In this document: piece after piece, positions 36,187 to 45,803 of the stretch | Position numbering within the stretch: the first letter of the stretch is position 1 | Layout of the letters: the number at the start of each line of letters is the position of its first letter | Assembly: GCA_030673845.1 (NCBI GenBank) | Contig: JAUTCQ010000012.1 | Location: 307,218-371,217 of the forward strand | Length of the DNA stretch: 64,000 nucleotides | Direction: 5' to 3' | Origin: Verrucomicrobiota bacterium JB022 | GTDB taxonomy: Bacteria > Verrucomicrobiota > Verrucomicrobiia > Opitutales > Oceanipulchritudinaceae | Notes under the pieces: generated by a model | The model's input: the letters and a program-made list of their open reading frames with translations, nothing else | What the model was told of the DNA's origin: nothing | The model's database searches: none | Program-made: the position numbers and the translations under genes

Positions 36187-36954
36187 TCAATCCGCCGACA
36201 CGACGCTGCCGTTGACGACGATGTTATCGAGGTCGACGTTGCGGTTGCTGAGGGTAGTCGCCCCTTTCATCGTCTGCCCGTCGGAGTAGAGGTAGAGGCG
36301 GAAGGTGACGGGCGTGTCGGGAGCCACCGGGCCGATTTTGGTCAGGTCGATGCTCAGGTGGACGAAGCCCGACTTGGTCCCGCCCGTCCCGGAGTGCGTC
36401 AAGCTGGTGCGGCCGACCGGCTTGGCATAACCGTCGAGGCTGGTGTAGAGCGCCACGGTAAAGGTGGTCTCGATCGCCTGTTCTGCCGCGCCGCCATAAC
36501 GGATCTGTGCGTCGAAGCCCAGGACGTTGGTTTCGTCGAAATGCAGCGCCTTGCCGGTGGTGGGCACGAGCACGAATTGCAGGAAATCGTTGGCGACCTT
36601 GGCATCGTGCCGGGTGCCGGTGTCGATCTCCCTGGAGCCGATGCCGTTGCCCGCCAGGTTGTCGGTGATCACGGGGGCCGTAGCCACGCCGACGGCAGCC
36701 CCACCGGCACCGCTGAAGGTGAGGCCGTAGGAGGGCAAGGCCGTGTCGTAGGGAGCCATCAGCAACTGGCTGGCGCGCACGTCTGCCCCGATCGAAGAAG
36801 GGTTGGTGCCTGGCACGACGGTGGAGTAAGAGCTGCCGAGCTGCGCGTTGCCGATGCCGGTGAAGTCGTAGCTGGCCAGAATGGCGGCCTGGAGCCCGGC
36901 GGTGGAGAGTGCGCTGGCCGAAGCAGCCAGCGCGAAGAGGGGATACAGTTTCAT
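36187..36954 (-). CDS. Secreted protein, paralogue of the PEP-CTERM family at 37324/38466, lacking the PEP-CTERM tail (inverted copy)
   Basis: Signal peptide MKLYPLFALAASASALSTAGLQA. It shares 'AAILASYDFTGIGNAQL…', 'PSYGLT…SG', 'GPVITDNLA…NG…G…EIDTG…DAKV.NDFL.F.L.P..G' and 'TLSNRNVDLDNIVVNGS' with the two downstream paralogues. It ends at '…VVNGSVVSAD*' with no PEP motif in any downstream frame. Confidence 0.65.
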   Translation of the reverse strand: MKLYPLFALAASASALSTAGLQAAILASYDFTGIGNAQLGSSYSTVVPGTNPSSIGADVRASQLLMAPYDTALPSYGLTFSGAGGAAVGVATAPVITDNLAGNGIGSREIDTGTRHDAKVANDFLQFVLVPTTGKALHFDETNVLGFDAQIRYGGAAEQAIETTFTVALYTSLDGYAKPVGRTSLTHSGTGGTKSGFVHLSIDLTKIGPVAPDTPVTFRLYLYSDGQTMKGATTLSNRNVDLDNIVVNGSVVSAD

Positions 36955-37323
36955 GGAGTCGTTTAGGCTCAAGGGGTGGAAGAAATGCGAAGAGGCGCGC
37001 AATCGCCGCTTTCGGAGCATGGTCGGACCGCACGGGGGGCAGAGTGGCCTGGGGAGAGGCTCAGGGGCGGTGCCAGAGGGATAAGAGAGGTGGCTCTGGC
37101 ATCGAGTTACAGCACAACCTGTCCGTCGGACACCCGAACCGTTGTTTACGTAAAGCGGCCTCGTTTACGTAAACTGCCGGGAGGCGTGCCGCGGCGGGAA
37201 GTTGCGGCTGAATGGACACCATCCCCTACCCCTCCATGCCACGGGTTCAGGCTCGGGCGGGAGACGGTATCGCGACCTTGCGTCGTTCATTTTCCCTCTC
37301 CGCAACTACCGTTCATTACCCCC

Positions 37324-38328
37324 ATGAAAATCTACCCTCTCTGTGCGTTTGCCGTCTCGGCCAGCGCGTTTGCCACCGCCGGGCTCCATGCCGCCATTCT
37401 GGCCAGCTACGACTTCACCGGCATCGGCAACGCACAGCTCGCCAACTCCTACGAGGCCGCCGTGCCGGGCACCGGCCCCACCGTAGTGGGAGATGAGGTG
37501 ACCGCCAGCGCCCTGATCAGCGGGCTGTTCGACACGACCCTACCCTCTTACGGGCTGACGACCTCCGGCAGCAACATCGCCGCCATCGGTGCGCTCAACG
37601 GCCCTGTCATCACCGACAACCTGGCGACCAACGGAATGGGCGCCAAGGAGATCGAGACCGGCGGCGAATACGACGCCAAGGTGACCAACGACTTCCTGGA
37701 GTTTACCCTCACCCCTGCCGCCGGCAACGCGCTGAGCTTTCAGGCCGCCGACGCCCTGAGCTTCGACGCGCAGCTCCGCTACGGCGGCTCCGGCAGCCTG
37801 AGCATTTCGACCACCTTGACCGTGGCGCTCTACACCAGCCTCGACGACTACACGACTCCGGTCGGTAGCGCTACCCTGACGCACAATGGCGCCGGCGGCA
37901 CCAAATCCGGCTTCGCCCCCTTGAGTATCGACCTTGCCGCCATTGGCAACGCCCCCGCCGATACCGCCGTCAGCTTCCGCCTCTACTTTTACACCGATGC
38001 CCAGACGCTGGCCGGCTCCACCACCTTGAGCAACCGCAACGTCGACCTCGACAACTTCGTCGTCAACGGCAGCCTCGCGCTGCCCTCGGTGGCCGCGCCC
38101 GCAGAGGTGCAACTTGAGCTGGAAGGAGCGACCCCGCGCCTCAAGTTCGCATCGCAGGCCGGAGCCACCTACGACGTCCAGATGTCTGACCGCGCCGATT
38201 TCGCCGCCCCCACCCTGGCCAAAGAAGGCATCAGCGGCAACGGCGGGCAGCTCGACATCCTGCTCGACAACATAACGGTCGGCACGAGCCCGCACTTCTT
38301 CCGGGTTGTCGCTCGCGCAGCCAACTAG
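37324..38328 (+). CDS. Secreted paralogue of PEP-CTERM family with alternative ~85-aa C-terminal extension (no PEP-CTERM)
   Basis: Signal peptide MKIYPLCAFAVSASAFATAGLHA. The body is highly similar to the 38466 paralogue. After 'FVVNGSLALPS' a divergent tail replaces the PEP-CTERM. The start is set at MKIYPL rather than the upstream in-frame Met at 36976. Confidence 0.7.
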   Translation: MKIYPLCAFAVSASAFATAGLHAAILASYDFTGIGNAQLANSYEAAVPGTGPTVVGDEVTASALISGLFDTTLPSYGLTTSGSNIAAIGALNGPVITDNLATNGMGAKEIETGGEYDAKVTNDFLEFTLTPAAGNALSFQAADALSFDAQLRYGGSGSLSISTTLTVALYTSLDDYTTPVGSATLTHNGAGGTKSGFAPLSIDLAAIGNAPADTAVSFRLYFYTDAQTLAGSTTLSNRNVDLDNFVVNGSLALPSVAAPAEVQLELEGATPRLKFASQAGATYDVQMSDRADFAAPTLAKEGISGNGGQLDILLDNITVGTSPHFFRVVARAAN

Positions 38329-38465
38329 GCTCCCGGATCAAGCGCTCCCGCCGCATGCGTACGCCCCGTTTGGCCAGCAACCGCCGCCACGGGCCCGGGC
38401 TCTGCCTATGCGCATTCTCCCGGGCCGGCACTCCCTTTCTCTCCACCCCAATGTTCCTCACCTCC

Positions 38466-39305
38466 ATGAAACAGCATACCCTCCTCGCACTCAGCCTCAT
38501 CATGGGCTCACTCGTCACGACCGGGCTTCAGGCCTCGGTATTGGCTTCTTACGACTTCACGGGCATCGGCACCGCCCAGCTCACCAGCTCCTACGCCACG
38601 ACCGTCCCCGGCACGGCCGCAGCCACGACCGGCGCCAATATCAGCGCCAGCCCCCTGATCGCCGGGCTCTACGATACGAGCATCCCTTCCTACGGGCTCA
38701 CCGCAAGCGGCAGCAACATTGCGGCTATCGGCACCACCACGGGGCCCGTCATCACCGACAACCTCGCGGTCAATGGCATCGGCTCCACCGAAATCGACAC
38801 CGGCGGCGAATACGATGCCAAGGTGACCAACGATTTCCTGCAGTTTACGCTGACTCCCGCCGCCGGAATGTCGCTGGACTTCGGCGCAGGAGACGTCTTG
38901 AGCTTCGACGCCCAGATCCGCTACGGCGGCTCCGGCAGCCTCGACATCTCCACCACCTTGACGGCCGCCCTCTATACCGATGCAGATGGCTATGCGAGCC
39001 AGGTGGACAACACCACGTTGACACACACCGGGGCCGGCGGCACGAAGACCGGCTTCTCCAGCCTCAGTATCGACCTCGCCAGCCTGGGCATGATGGCGGC
39101 CGATACGCCGCTCAGCTTCCGCCTCTACCTTTACACCGACGCGCAGACGCTGGCGGGCTCCACCACCTTGAGCAACCGCAACATCGACCTGGACAACTTC
39201 GTGGTCAACGGAGGCGTTACCGCCGTGCCCGAGCCGTCCATCATCTCGCTCGCGATGGCCGTCGCCACCTTTGCTTTCGTCTGGCAGCGTCGAAAGCGCG
39301 CGTAG
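38466..39305 (+). CDS. PEP-CTERM-anchored secreted protein (paralogue family)
   Basis: Signal peptide MKQHTLLALSLIMGSLVTTGLQA. The C-terminus 'VPEPSIISLAMAVATFAFVWQRRKRA' is a PEP motif followed by a TM helix and basic residues. Confidence 0.75.
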   Translation: MKQHTLLALSLIMGSLVTTGLQASVLASYDFTGIGTAQLTSSYATTVPGTAAATTGANISASPLIAGLYDTSIPSYGLTASGSNIAAIGTTTGPVITDNLAVNGIGSTEIDTGGEYDAKVTNDFLQFTLTPAAGMSLDFGAGDVLSFDAQIRYGGSGSLDISTTLTAALYTDADGYASQVDNTTLTHTGAGGTKTGFSSLSIDLASLGMMAADTPLSFRLYLYTDAQTLAGSTTLSNRNIDLDNFVVNGGVTAVPEPSIISLAMAVATFAFVWQRRKRA

Positions 39306-39346
39306 GAGTATCGCGCGGGGGAGCTTTCGTCCAGTCAGCATAGTAA

Positions 39347-39372
39347 AGGGCCGCCTGCCGATGTGGGCGGCC
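39347..39372 (+). terminator. Stem-loop GGGCCGCC-N10-GGCGGCCC downstream of PEP-CTERM gene
   Basis: Perfect 8-bp GC-rich inverted repeat 42 nt after the stop at 39305. A second hairpin (GAGGCGTCG…CGACGCCTC, ~39437-39466) lies nearer the convergent gene. The U-tracts are weak. Confidence 0.45.
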
Positions 39373-39501
39373 CATTGCTGCCGACAAAAGCACCGCTTTC
39401 CCAGCCCAGGCCGAGACATCCTGATCTGGCCCGCTGCAAGCACAAGAGGCGTCGTCCTGGGGAGGGCGACGCCTCATTTGTCATCCCAGAAGGCTCGCGA
39501 C

Positions 39502-41205
39502 TCAGGGAGCCACCGTCATGACGATGAAGACGGGCAGATTACCCACCTCCGGCAGGGGCACGGCGACTTCCTCTACCTGGCCATCGCCGTCTGCATCCGG
39601 GTTGGTCACCACTGGCACCGCGCCAAAGGGCGTCCAGAGGGCGATGGGCAACGAAAGGTCCGTCGTCCACCAGTAGGCGATGGTCGGCGGGTTGCGGATC
39701 AGGCGGCGATGCGTGTAGACGAGCTGCTGGTTGCTCCGCGCCAGCCGTGGGGCCAGAGCCGCAGACGTTACCTCAGCAGGCGAGGTGCCCAGCGCATACT
39801 CAAAGACATTCGCCAGCCCATCCTGATCCGGATCGGCGTCGAATAAAGCGTCGTTAAACGCCACCCCATGCGACAAGGCCCAGATAGAGGCCGCGGGCAC
39901 CAGCTCAGCAGGATATCCCAGCCAGTAGAGCGCGCGATCATCCGTCGTCGCACGGGCCGGGTAGTAAATGCGGAAGTCGGACGCCACCGCGTCGAACGCC
40001 CATGGCTGGATTACAGGCAAAGCCCCGGTAAAGACGGCTGCGGCCAAGCTGGCACATCCGCTGAACGCGCCAAGCTCGATCTTCGCAACCTCCACTGGGA
40101 TCGTGACCCGCGTCAGGCCGGTGCAATCTGCGAACGCGTGCTTGCCGATGCTGGCGAGGCTACGCCCCAGTGAAAGATCGACCAGACTACGGCAGCCCGA
40201 GAAAGTGCGGTCGGCAATCCGGGTGAGGCCATGGCCGATGGTGACGCGGCGCAACTGAAGGCAGTCCGCAAACGCATACTGACCCACGCTGGTAACACTG
40301 TCCGGAATCGCTACCGCCTGAAGGCTGGAGCAGGAGAAAAACGCGTTGTCGCCAAGATGGGCGAGCCCCTCGGGCAGCACGACCTCCGCCAGCAGGGTGC
40401 AAGCGGCGAAGGCCCAGGGCCCGAGTTGCTCCACCCCAGCCGGCAAAGCGATACGTGTGAGGCTGGAACAACCCTGGAAAGCGCCCTCCCCGATCACCGT
40501 CACCCCTTGGCCGAACTGAACCTCGGCCAAGTGGGAACAGTCGGCAAAGGCTCGCGCTTCGATTGTCGTGACCGCGTCGGGGATGGTGACGCGGGTCAGG
40601 CCGAAGCTGGAGGCAAACGCTGCCGCTCCAATCCGCGACACGCTGCCCGGGATTTCATAGGCGCCCTCCCAGCCGCCCGGGAAGGCCAGTAACGTCTGGC
40701 GCGCGTGATCGAAAAGCACGCCGCCGATGCTGCTGAAAGTCGGGTTGGCCGGGCTGACTTCGATGGCCTGCAATGCCGGGCACGCTCCAAACGCCTCCGG
40801 GCCGATACTTGCCACCGTGGCCGGTATCGACACATCGGTGAGGCGGGAACAGCCCAGAAAGACATATGCTCCGATGCTGGCAACGCCATCGCCCAGGGCG
40901 AGGCTTGCCAGGCTGGAACAGCCCGTGAAGGCGTAGTCGCCAATCCGCGTCACGCTGTCGGAAATCGTGACGCTCGTCAGGCCGGAGTGGTTCGAGAACG
41001 CCCAATCGCCAATCGCCGTGACGGGTCTTCCGCCGATTGTAGCCGGGATCTCGACCTCCGGTGCACTACCTTCGTAGGCCGTGATCGTGACAGCCCGGGA
41101 GGCGACTTCGTAGACAAAGCCTTCAAAGGTCGCCGCCCGGGCGAACGACAGGTAAAACAATGAGGCGAGAAGGGAGAAGAAACAACGCTTGAAGGGGAAG
41201 CGCAT
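39502..41205 (-). CDS. BspA-like leucine-rich-repeat (LRR_5) surface protein, secreted
   Basis: Signal peptide (…LLASLFYLSFARA). It has about 14 repeats of the '…IP.SVTSIG..AF..C.SL..V.I' type, characteristic of the BspA/LRR_5 family. The C-terminus carries Asp-rich motifs 'DADPDQDGLANVFEYALGTSP' and 'NPDADGDGQVEE'. Confidence 0.75.
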   Translation of the reverse strand: MRFPFKRCFFSLLASLFYLSFARAATFEGFVYEVASRAVTITAYEGSAPEVEIPATIGGRPVTAIGDWAFSNHSGLTSVTISDSVTRIGDYAFTGCSSLASLALGDGVASIGAYVFLGCSRLTDVSIPATVASIGPEAFGACPALQAIEVSPANPTFSSIGGVLFDHARQTLLAFPGGWEGAYEIPGSVSRIGAAAFASSFGLTRVTIPDAVTTIEARAFADCSHLAEVQFGQGVTVIGEGAFQGCSSLTRIALPAGVEQLGPWAFAACTLLAEVVLPEGLAHLGDNAFFSCSSLQAVAIPDSVTSVGQYAFADCLQLRRVTIGHGLTRIADRTFSGCRSLVDLSLGRSLASIGKHAFADCTGLTRVTIPVEVAKIELGAFSGCASLAAAVFTGALPVIQPWAFDAVASDFRIYYPARATTDDRALYWLGYPAELVPAASIWALSHGVAFNDALFDADPDQDGLANVFEYALGTSPAEVTSAALAPRLARSNQQLVYTHRRLIRNPPTIAYWWTTDLSLPIALWTPFGAVPVVTNPDADGDGQVEEVAVPLPEVGNLPVFIVMTVAP

Positions 41206-41246
41206 AAGGGGAAGTTGAAGGAACGTAGTGGGGCCGCACCGGCCCG

Positions 41247-42740
41247 CTACCCTCTCCGCAGGCAGGCCGCGCTGAGGAAGCCCGTGAGCAGGATGGTAGC
41301 CGTGCCGATGACGATGGTAAAGAAGCCGTGGAAGGGGCTGCGCAGCGCCTCAGGGAAGCCCTCCAGCAGAGTGGAAAACGTGAGCCACAGGATGACCACC
41401 ACCCCCAGAAGCACCGCCAGGATCGCATCCCGGCCGGTGGCAGTGCGCGAAAGCATCCCTAGCAGGAACAGCCCGAAGCTGCCCCCACCAAAAGTCCCCG
41501 CCAGGATCCACCAGGCGTCGAGGATGCTGGGCACGTTGACGAGCGCCAGAGCCAGGCTCGTCCCGAGGACCCCGAAGACGACCGTCGCGCCGTAGAGGAC
41601 CCGCATTTTGGCCTTTTCGCTGGTGGCAAAGTCGCGCAGAAGCGCGAAATAGTCGTTGAGCACGATGGTCGACGAAGAGTTGAGGCTGCTCGAAATCGTG
41701 CTCATGGCGGCGGCAAAGATCGAGGCGATCAGCAGTCCGCGCACGCCCGCCGGCAGCTCTGTAACGATGAACCACGGAAAAACCGAATCGGCAGCAGAGG
41801 CCTCGCGGTAGGCCGCCGGCAGATTTTCCGGGAAGGTCGCATAGTAGACGAAGAGCGCGGTGCCGATGAGGAAGAACAGCGCCGAGACGGGCAGGTAGAT
41901 CAGACCGCCGATCCAGATGCTTTTCGCCGCCTCGGCCTTGGACCGGGAGGCGTGGTAGCGTTGGACGTAGTTCTGATCGATGCCGAAATTCTGCAGGTTG
42001 ATCACCAGCCCGTAAACAAGCACAACCCAGAAGGTCGATTCGCCCACTTCGGGCCCGAAGCTGCCGAGTGAAAACTTGTCGTAGGCCAGTCCGGCCTCCA
42101 GGAACTGCCCGGCCCCGCCGGGCAGCGAAAAGATCATGAGCCCCGCGCAGACGAGCGCCCCCAGGATCAGGATCACCGTCTGAATCGCATCGGTCCAGAT
42201 CACGCCCACAATGCCGCCGGCAAAGGTGTACACCGTCGTCGTGATGCCGGTGACGAGGATGATGAGGCGGATGTCTACCCCCAGCAACACACTGACGGGC
42301 AACGCCATGAGGTAAGTGACGGTTGCGATGCGCGCGACCTGCGTCAGCAGATAACAAAGGCTGGTGTAGACGCGCGCCCAGCGGCCAAAACGCTCCTCCA
42401 GGTGCGAATAGGCCGAGACTTCTCCCCGGTCGCGGTAAAAGGGCATGAACCACTTCACGGCGATCACTGCCGCAACCGGGATCGAAAGGCTGAAGACAAA
42501 CGAGTTCCAGTTGGTGGCAAAGGCTTTGCCCGGCAGCGCCAGAAAACTGATGCTACTGATGTAGGTGCCGAGGATGGAGAGACCGGTGAGGATGCCCGAC
42601 ATGCTGCCGTTACCTGCCGTGAAGCCCGCCACCGAGCGGCTCTTGCGCCAGAAGTAAAAGCCGATCCCCAGCGTCATGAGAAAATACGCGACCAGGACGA
42701 GCGCGTCCACCAGCTCGACATGGCTCTGCTCGGCCGGCAT
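41247..42740 (-). CDS. Sodium:solute symporter (SSS family)
   Basis: About 13 TM helices with SSS-typical regions ('GFTAGNGSMSGILTGLSILGTYISSISFLALPG', 'WTDAIQTVILI'). The start is set at MPAEQSH, where TGATG overlaps the stop of the upstream aldolase gene. Confidence 0.85.
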   Translation of the reverse strand: MPAEQSHVELVDALVLVAYFLMTLGIGFYFWRKSRSVAGFTAGNGSMSGILTGLSILGTYISSISFLALPGKAFATNWNSFVFSLSIPVAAVIAVKWFMPFYRDRGEVSAYSHLEERFGRWARVYTSLCYLLTQVARIATVTYLMALPVSVLLGVDIRLIILVTGITTTVYTFAGGIVGVIWTDAIQTVILILGALVCAGLMIFSLPGGAGQFLEAGLAYDKFSLGSFGPEVGESTFWVVLVYGLVINLQNFGIDQNYVQRYHASRSKAEAAKSIWIGGLIYLPVSALFFLIGTALFVYYATFPENLPAAYREASAADSVFPWFIVTELPAGVRGLLIASIFAAAMSTISSSLNSSSTIVLNDYFALLRDFATSEKAKMRVLYGATVVFGVLGTSLALALVNVPSILDAWWILAGTFGGGSFGLFLLGMLSRTATGRDAILAVLLGVVVILWLTFSTLLEGFPEALRSPFHGFFTIVIGTATILLTGFLSAACLRRG

Positions 42741-43669
42741 CAGGCGTCCTCCGGTTGGGGTTGGTGGAGCGGGTAGCCCCACGCCGCAAAGCGGTCGCGC
42801 AGGGTGGTGACGATGCTCTCATAGCGCGCCTGAGTCGTGTCGGACACACGGGATTGCGGCACCCCGACCGTAAAGCCGCGCGCCTCCATGCCCCCCCCGA
42901 CATTGAGCGGGAACGGGATCCGGTCGATAATCGCACCCAGCTCGCGGAGCTGGCTGGCGTAGGGCTCGATCGCCCCCGAATGGCCTGCCGCACAGACTCG
43001 ATAGAGGTGGATCATGGCCTCGGGCAAGATGTTGACCAGCCCACCAATGCAACCGGCGGCCCCAATCGCAAACGCTTCCGGCAGGCGGGTATCCGCGCCG
43101 GAAAACACGGCGAATCCATACTCGCGCCCCAGCTCGACCAGCTTGTGGTGATAGTCGAACTCACCGCCGCTCTGCTTGATCGCCAGCATGGGTGCGCGTT
43201 GGGCAAAGGCCGCCACAGTCTGCGGCTCGATACGGGTACCGATCAGCTCGGGGAAATTATAAAGCATGCAGGGCAGCCCGGACGCCTCGGCGGCGACGAG
43301 GAAGTGCTCGAGCATGTCGTCTTGCGCGGTGGGGAAGAAGCCCGGAGCCATGATCCCGACACCAGCCACGCCTGTCTGCTTGGCGTGGGCCGCCAGCTCG
43401 GCCACGGCACGGGGTGCGATGTGGCTGACGTTGGCGATGACCGGCAAGGGCGCGGCCAGCTCCGCGACGGCCTCGAGGATCGTCTTGCGCTCATCGAGCG
43501 AGAAGTAGGGGAAGCATCCCGTGCTGCCGAGAGCAAGGACACCGTGGATGCCGCGTTGCTTGAGAAACTGGAGGTGGCTGGACAGCGCTGCCTTGTCCAG
43601 CGTGCCTTTGGGCGTCATCGGGATCCAAAGCGCAGCCCAGATGCCCTTTACGGGGAGAGTAGTCGTCAT
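42740..43669 (-). CDS. DapA/NanA-family class I aldolase (dihydrodipicolinate synthase / N-acetylneuraminate lyase family)
   Basis: DHDPS-family motifs: 'GSTGCFPYFSLDERK' (GxTGE-type) and the Schiff-base Lys region 'PMLAIKQSGGE'. The start is set at MTTTLPVKGIW. The stop overlaps the symporter start. Confidence 0.8.
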   Translation of the reverse strand: MTTTLPVKGIWAALWIPMTPKGTLDKAALSSHLQFLKQRGIHGVLALGSTGCFPYFSLDERKTILEAVAELAAPLPVIANVSHIAPRAVAELAAHAKQTGVAGVGIMAPGFFPTAQDDMLEHFLVAAEASGLPCMLYNFPELIGTRIEPQTVAAFAQRAPMLAIKQSGGEFDYHHKLVELGREYGFAVFSGADTRLPEAFAIGAAGCIGGLVNILPEAMIHLYRVCAAGHSGAIEPYASQLRELGAIIDRIPFPLNVGGGMEARGFTVGVPQSRVSDTTQARYESIVTTLRDRFAAWGYPLHQPQPEDA

Positions 43670-43772
43670 GTGCGGAACAGTTTTTGGGCCGAGCGAAACC
43701 AGACTCACAGGAATGCCTGTGAGCTGGCCCGGCCAAGGGGTACAGAGTAATCAGGTGGTGCCTGAGGGCCTG

Positions 43773-45803
43773 CTAACGCGCTGAAGCGGGGTTGCGCAGG
43801 TAGTAGAAGAAGCCGTCTTCGGCTCCCAGCAGCAGGTCGGGCACGCCATCTTCGTCCCAGTCGACAATCGTCGGCGTGGTGGAGTGGCCGGCGAGGACTT
43901 GCTCGCTCAAGGGCCCTTCGTAGCGGAAGTGCCACTGGCCGTCTTTCTGGCCCAGCCCCTTGAGCAGGCTGACGTTGGGCTGGCTGTTCATCAGGATGTC
44001 GCGCACGCCGTCCTGGTCCCAATCGACAAAGCAGAACGTGCGGCGACCGCTGCGCCCGCCGATGCCGGAATTCATGATCAACGGCCCGGCGACGCGCTCG
44101 CCTTCGGCCTTGATCGGCAAGCCGCTGCTGTCGAATTCGCTGACGTTGGCCATCTGGAAGACGCGGCGGGGTGGGTGCAGCTTCAAGGTGCCATCCTCGG
44201 CCTTGAAGCGCTCGTAGAGGGCGAGGTAGCCTTCCGCGTCCAGCGTCACGAGGTCCATCAGGCCGTCCTCGTTCAGGTCGACCATCGCGGGGGTGGAGCG
44301 CCATTGCACGACGAGCTCGTCGCCCTCGGGCGTCCACCAGTTCCAGGCGGGCTTCTGCGGCTTGCCCGGCCACTCGACGGTCAGGCGCTCGCCCGGCGCC
44401 AGCGCGGGTTCGGCGGCGCTGCCGACGTTGCGGTAGAGCGTGACGTAGCCCCAGATGCCGTTTTCGAGGATGTCGAGCAGGCCGTCGCCGTCCCAATCGC
44501 CGACGCTGAGATTGGAGTAGCCCCACTTCGCCTCGGCCGGCCCCTGGATGGAACCGTTGGGCCCTGCCATCTCCCGGATTTCCTTACCCCCGGCTGTCAA
44601 GTGGACCGGCGGGGCCCAGCGCGGCGGGTTGCCGCCCATGTTCTTGATAAAGCCGATGTAGCCCGCCGTGTTGCCGGTCAGGATGTCGGGCAGGCCGTCG
44701 CCGTCCCAGTCGACACTCACGGGTGAGGACAGCGCGCCGAATTTCACTTCGTCCGCAAACTGGCGGAAGTAGCGCGGGGCCTTGAAGAGCGGCAACCCGT
44801 CTTGCATCGTGCCGGTGTGCTCGACCAGAGCCACCCGGCCGTCTTCGTCGCCCACCACCAGATCGGGCCAGCCGTCGCCGTTGAAGTCGACCGCCACCGG
44901 GTTGATCATGCAGAGGTCCATATGGAGGTCTTTGCCATTGGCCTGCAGTTTCTTGCCGGCAGCATAGCGGGGCGATTCACGGGTGCCGACGTTTTCGAAA
45001 TAAGTAAAGCTGTCGCGGAATTCGCCGCAGATCAGGTCGAGGTCGCCATCGCCGTCAAAATCCGCAAACGAGGGGTTGGGGTTGCCGTAAACGTCGACGT
45101 CTGCCCCACCCGCCTGAAGGCGGACGGGCTCGGCATAGCGCGGCTGCTCGGTCGTACCTTCGTTGCGTAACAGGTAGACATACCCGCGCAGCGGGCCGTG
45201 GGTCCACTCGCCTTGAGCGTTGTAGGCATTGTCCCAGCCATAATCGCCCCAGAAGCCGATGCCGACGACGAGGTCCTGCGCGCCATCGCCCTCGAAGTCG
45301 ACATAGCGCCAGTGGTTGGCGCGGATGCGAAACGGCGAGGCTTTTTCCCCTCCCTGGGTGAAGACCTGCTCGGGCGCTGGCATGGTAACGCCTTGCTCAA
45401 AACCCGTCTCCTTGAAATCGGGGTAGACGGTGTTGGGGCTGGTGACCAGCGGCTGCCCGTCGACGTAAGAGATCTGGGGATTGCCGACCGCTTTGCCCAG
45501 ACGCTCGGCGGCCTCGAACACAGGCAAACCCGTCTGCGGATCTAGGGTGCCGGAATTGCGGAAATAGTAGATGCCGTTGGAAGGCTTGTCGGTGCAGGCC
45601 ACAACCATGTCGATCAGGCCGTCTCCGTCATAGTCCATCGGCAGCGGCCAGGCCCAGAGGCCGACCCCCAGGTCGACGAGCATGCCGGGGTTGTGATAGC
45701 CGATGCGCTCGAAATCAGCCGCCTGCGCGGTGGTCGTTGCGGCCAGGGCGAGGGCCAGCAGCGCACGGGCTGCACGGCGGGGGCGGGAAAGATCAGTCTC
45801 CAT
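43773..45803 (-). CDS. FG-GAP/VCBS-repeat beta-propeller protein, secreted
   Basis: Signal-like N-terminus (METDLSRPRRAARALLALALAATTTAQA). It has many 'DFDGDGDLDL', 'DFNGDGWPDLVVG', 'DWDGDGLPDIL', 'DWDEDGVPDLLLG' FG-GAP-type Ca-binding repeats. Confidence 0.7.
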   Translation of the reverse strand: METDLSRPRRAARALLALALAATTTAQAADFERIGYHNPGMLVDLGVGLWAWPLPMDYDGDGLIDMVVACTDKPSNGIYYFRNSGTLDPQTGLPVFEAAERLGKAVGNPQISYVDGQPLVTSPNTVYPDFKETGFEQGVTMPAPEQVFTQGGEKASPFRIRANHWRYVDFEGDGAQDLVVGIGFWGDYGWDNAYNAQGEWTHGPLRGYVYLLRNEGTTEQPRYAEPVRLQAGGADVDVYGNPNPSFADFDGDGDLDLICGEFRDSFTYFENVGTRESPRYAAGKKLQANGKDLHMDLCMINPVAVDFNGDGWPDLVVGDEDGRVALVEHTGTMQDGLPLFKAPRYFRQFADEVKFGALSSPVSVDWDGDGLPDILTGNTAGYIGFIKNMGGNPPRWAPPVHLTAGGKEIREMAGPNGSIQGPAEAKWGYSNLSVGDWDGDGLLDILENGIWGYVTLYRNVGSAAEPALAPGERLTVEWPGKPQKPAWNWWTPEGDELVVQWRSTPAMVDLNEDGLMDLVTLDAEGYLALYERFKAEDGTLKLHPPRRVFQMANVSEFDSSGLPIKAEGERVAGPLIMNSGIGGRSGRRTFCFVDWDQDGVRDILMNSQPNVSLLKGLGQKDGQWHFRYEGPLSEQVLAGHSTTPTIVDWDEDGVPDLLLGAEDGFFYYLRNPASAR

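Noticed and set aside
36043-36966. 307-aa + strand ORF overlapping the inverted PEP-CTERM paralogue
   Set aside because: It is antisense to a gene with a signal peptide and conserved paralogue blocks. There are no motifs.
36976-37323. Upstream in-frame extension of the middle paralogue (ORF track start at 36976)
   Set aside because: The extension is arginine-rich and lacks a signal peptide. The internal Met at 37324 gives an N-terminus, MKIYPL…, identical in style to the other two paralogues, MKLYPL… and MKQHTLL…
43884-45170. + strand ORFs inside the FG-GAP gene
   Set aside because: They are antisense shadow ORFs. The FG-GAP repeats on the minus strand are unambiguous.
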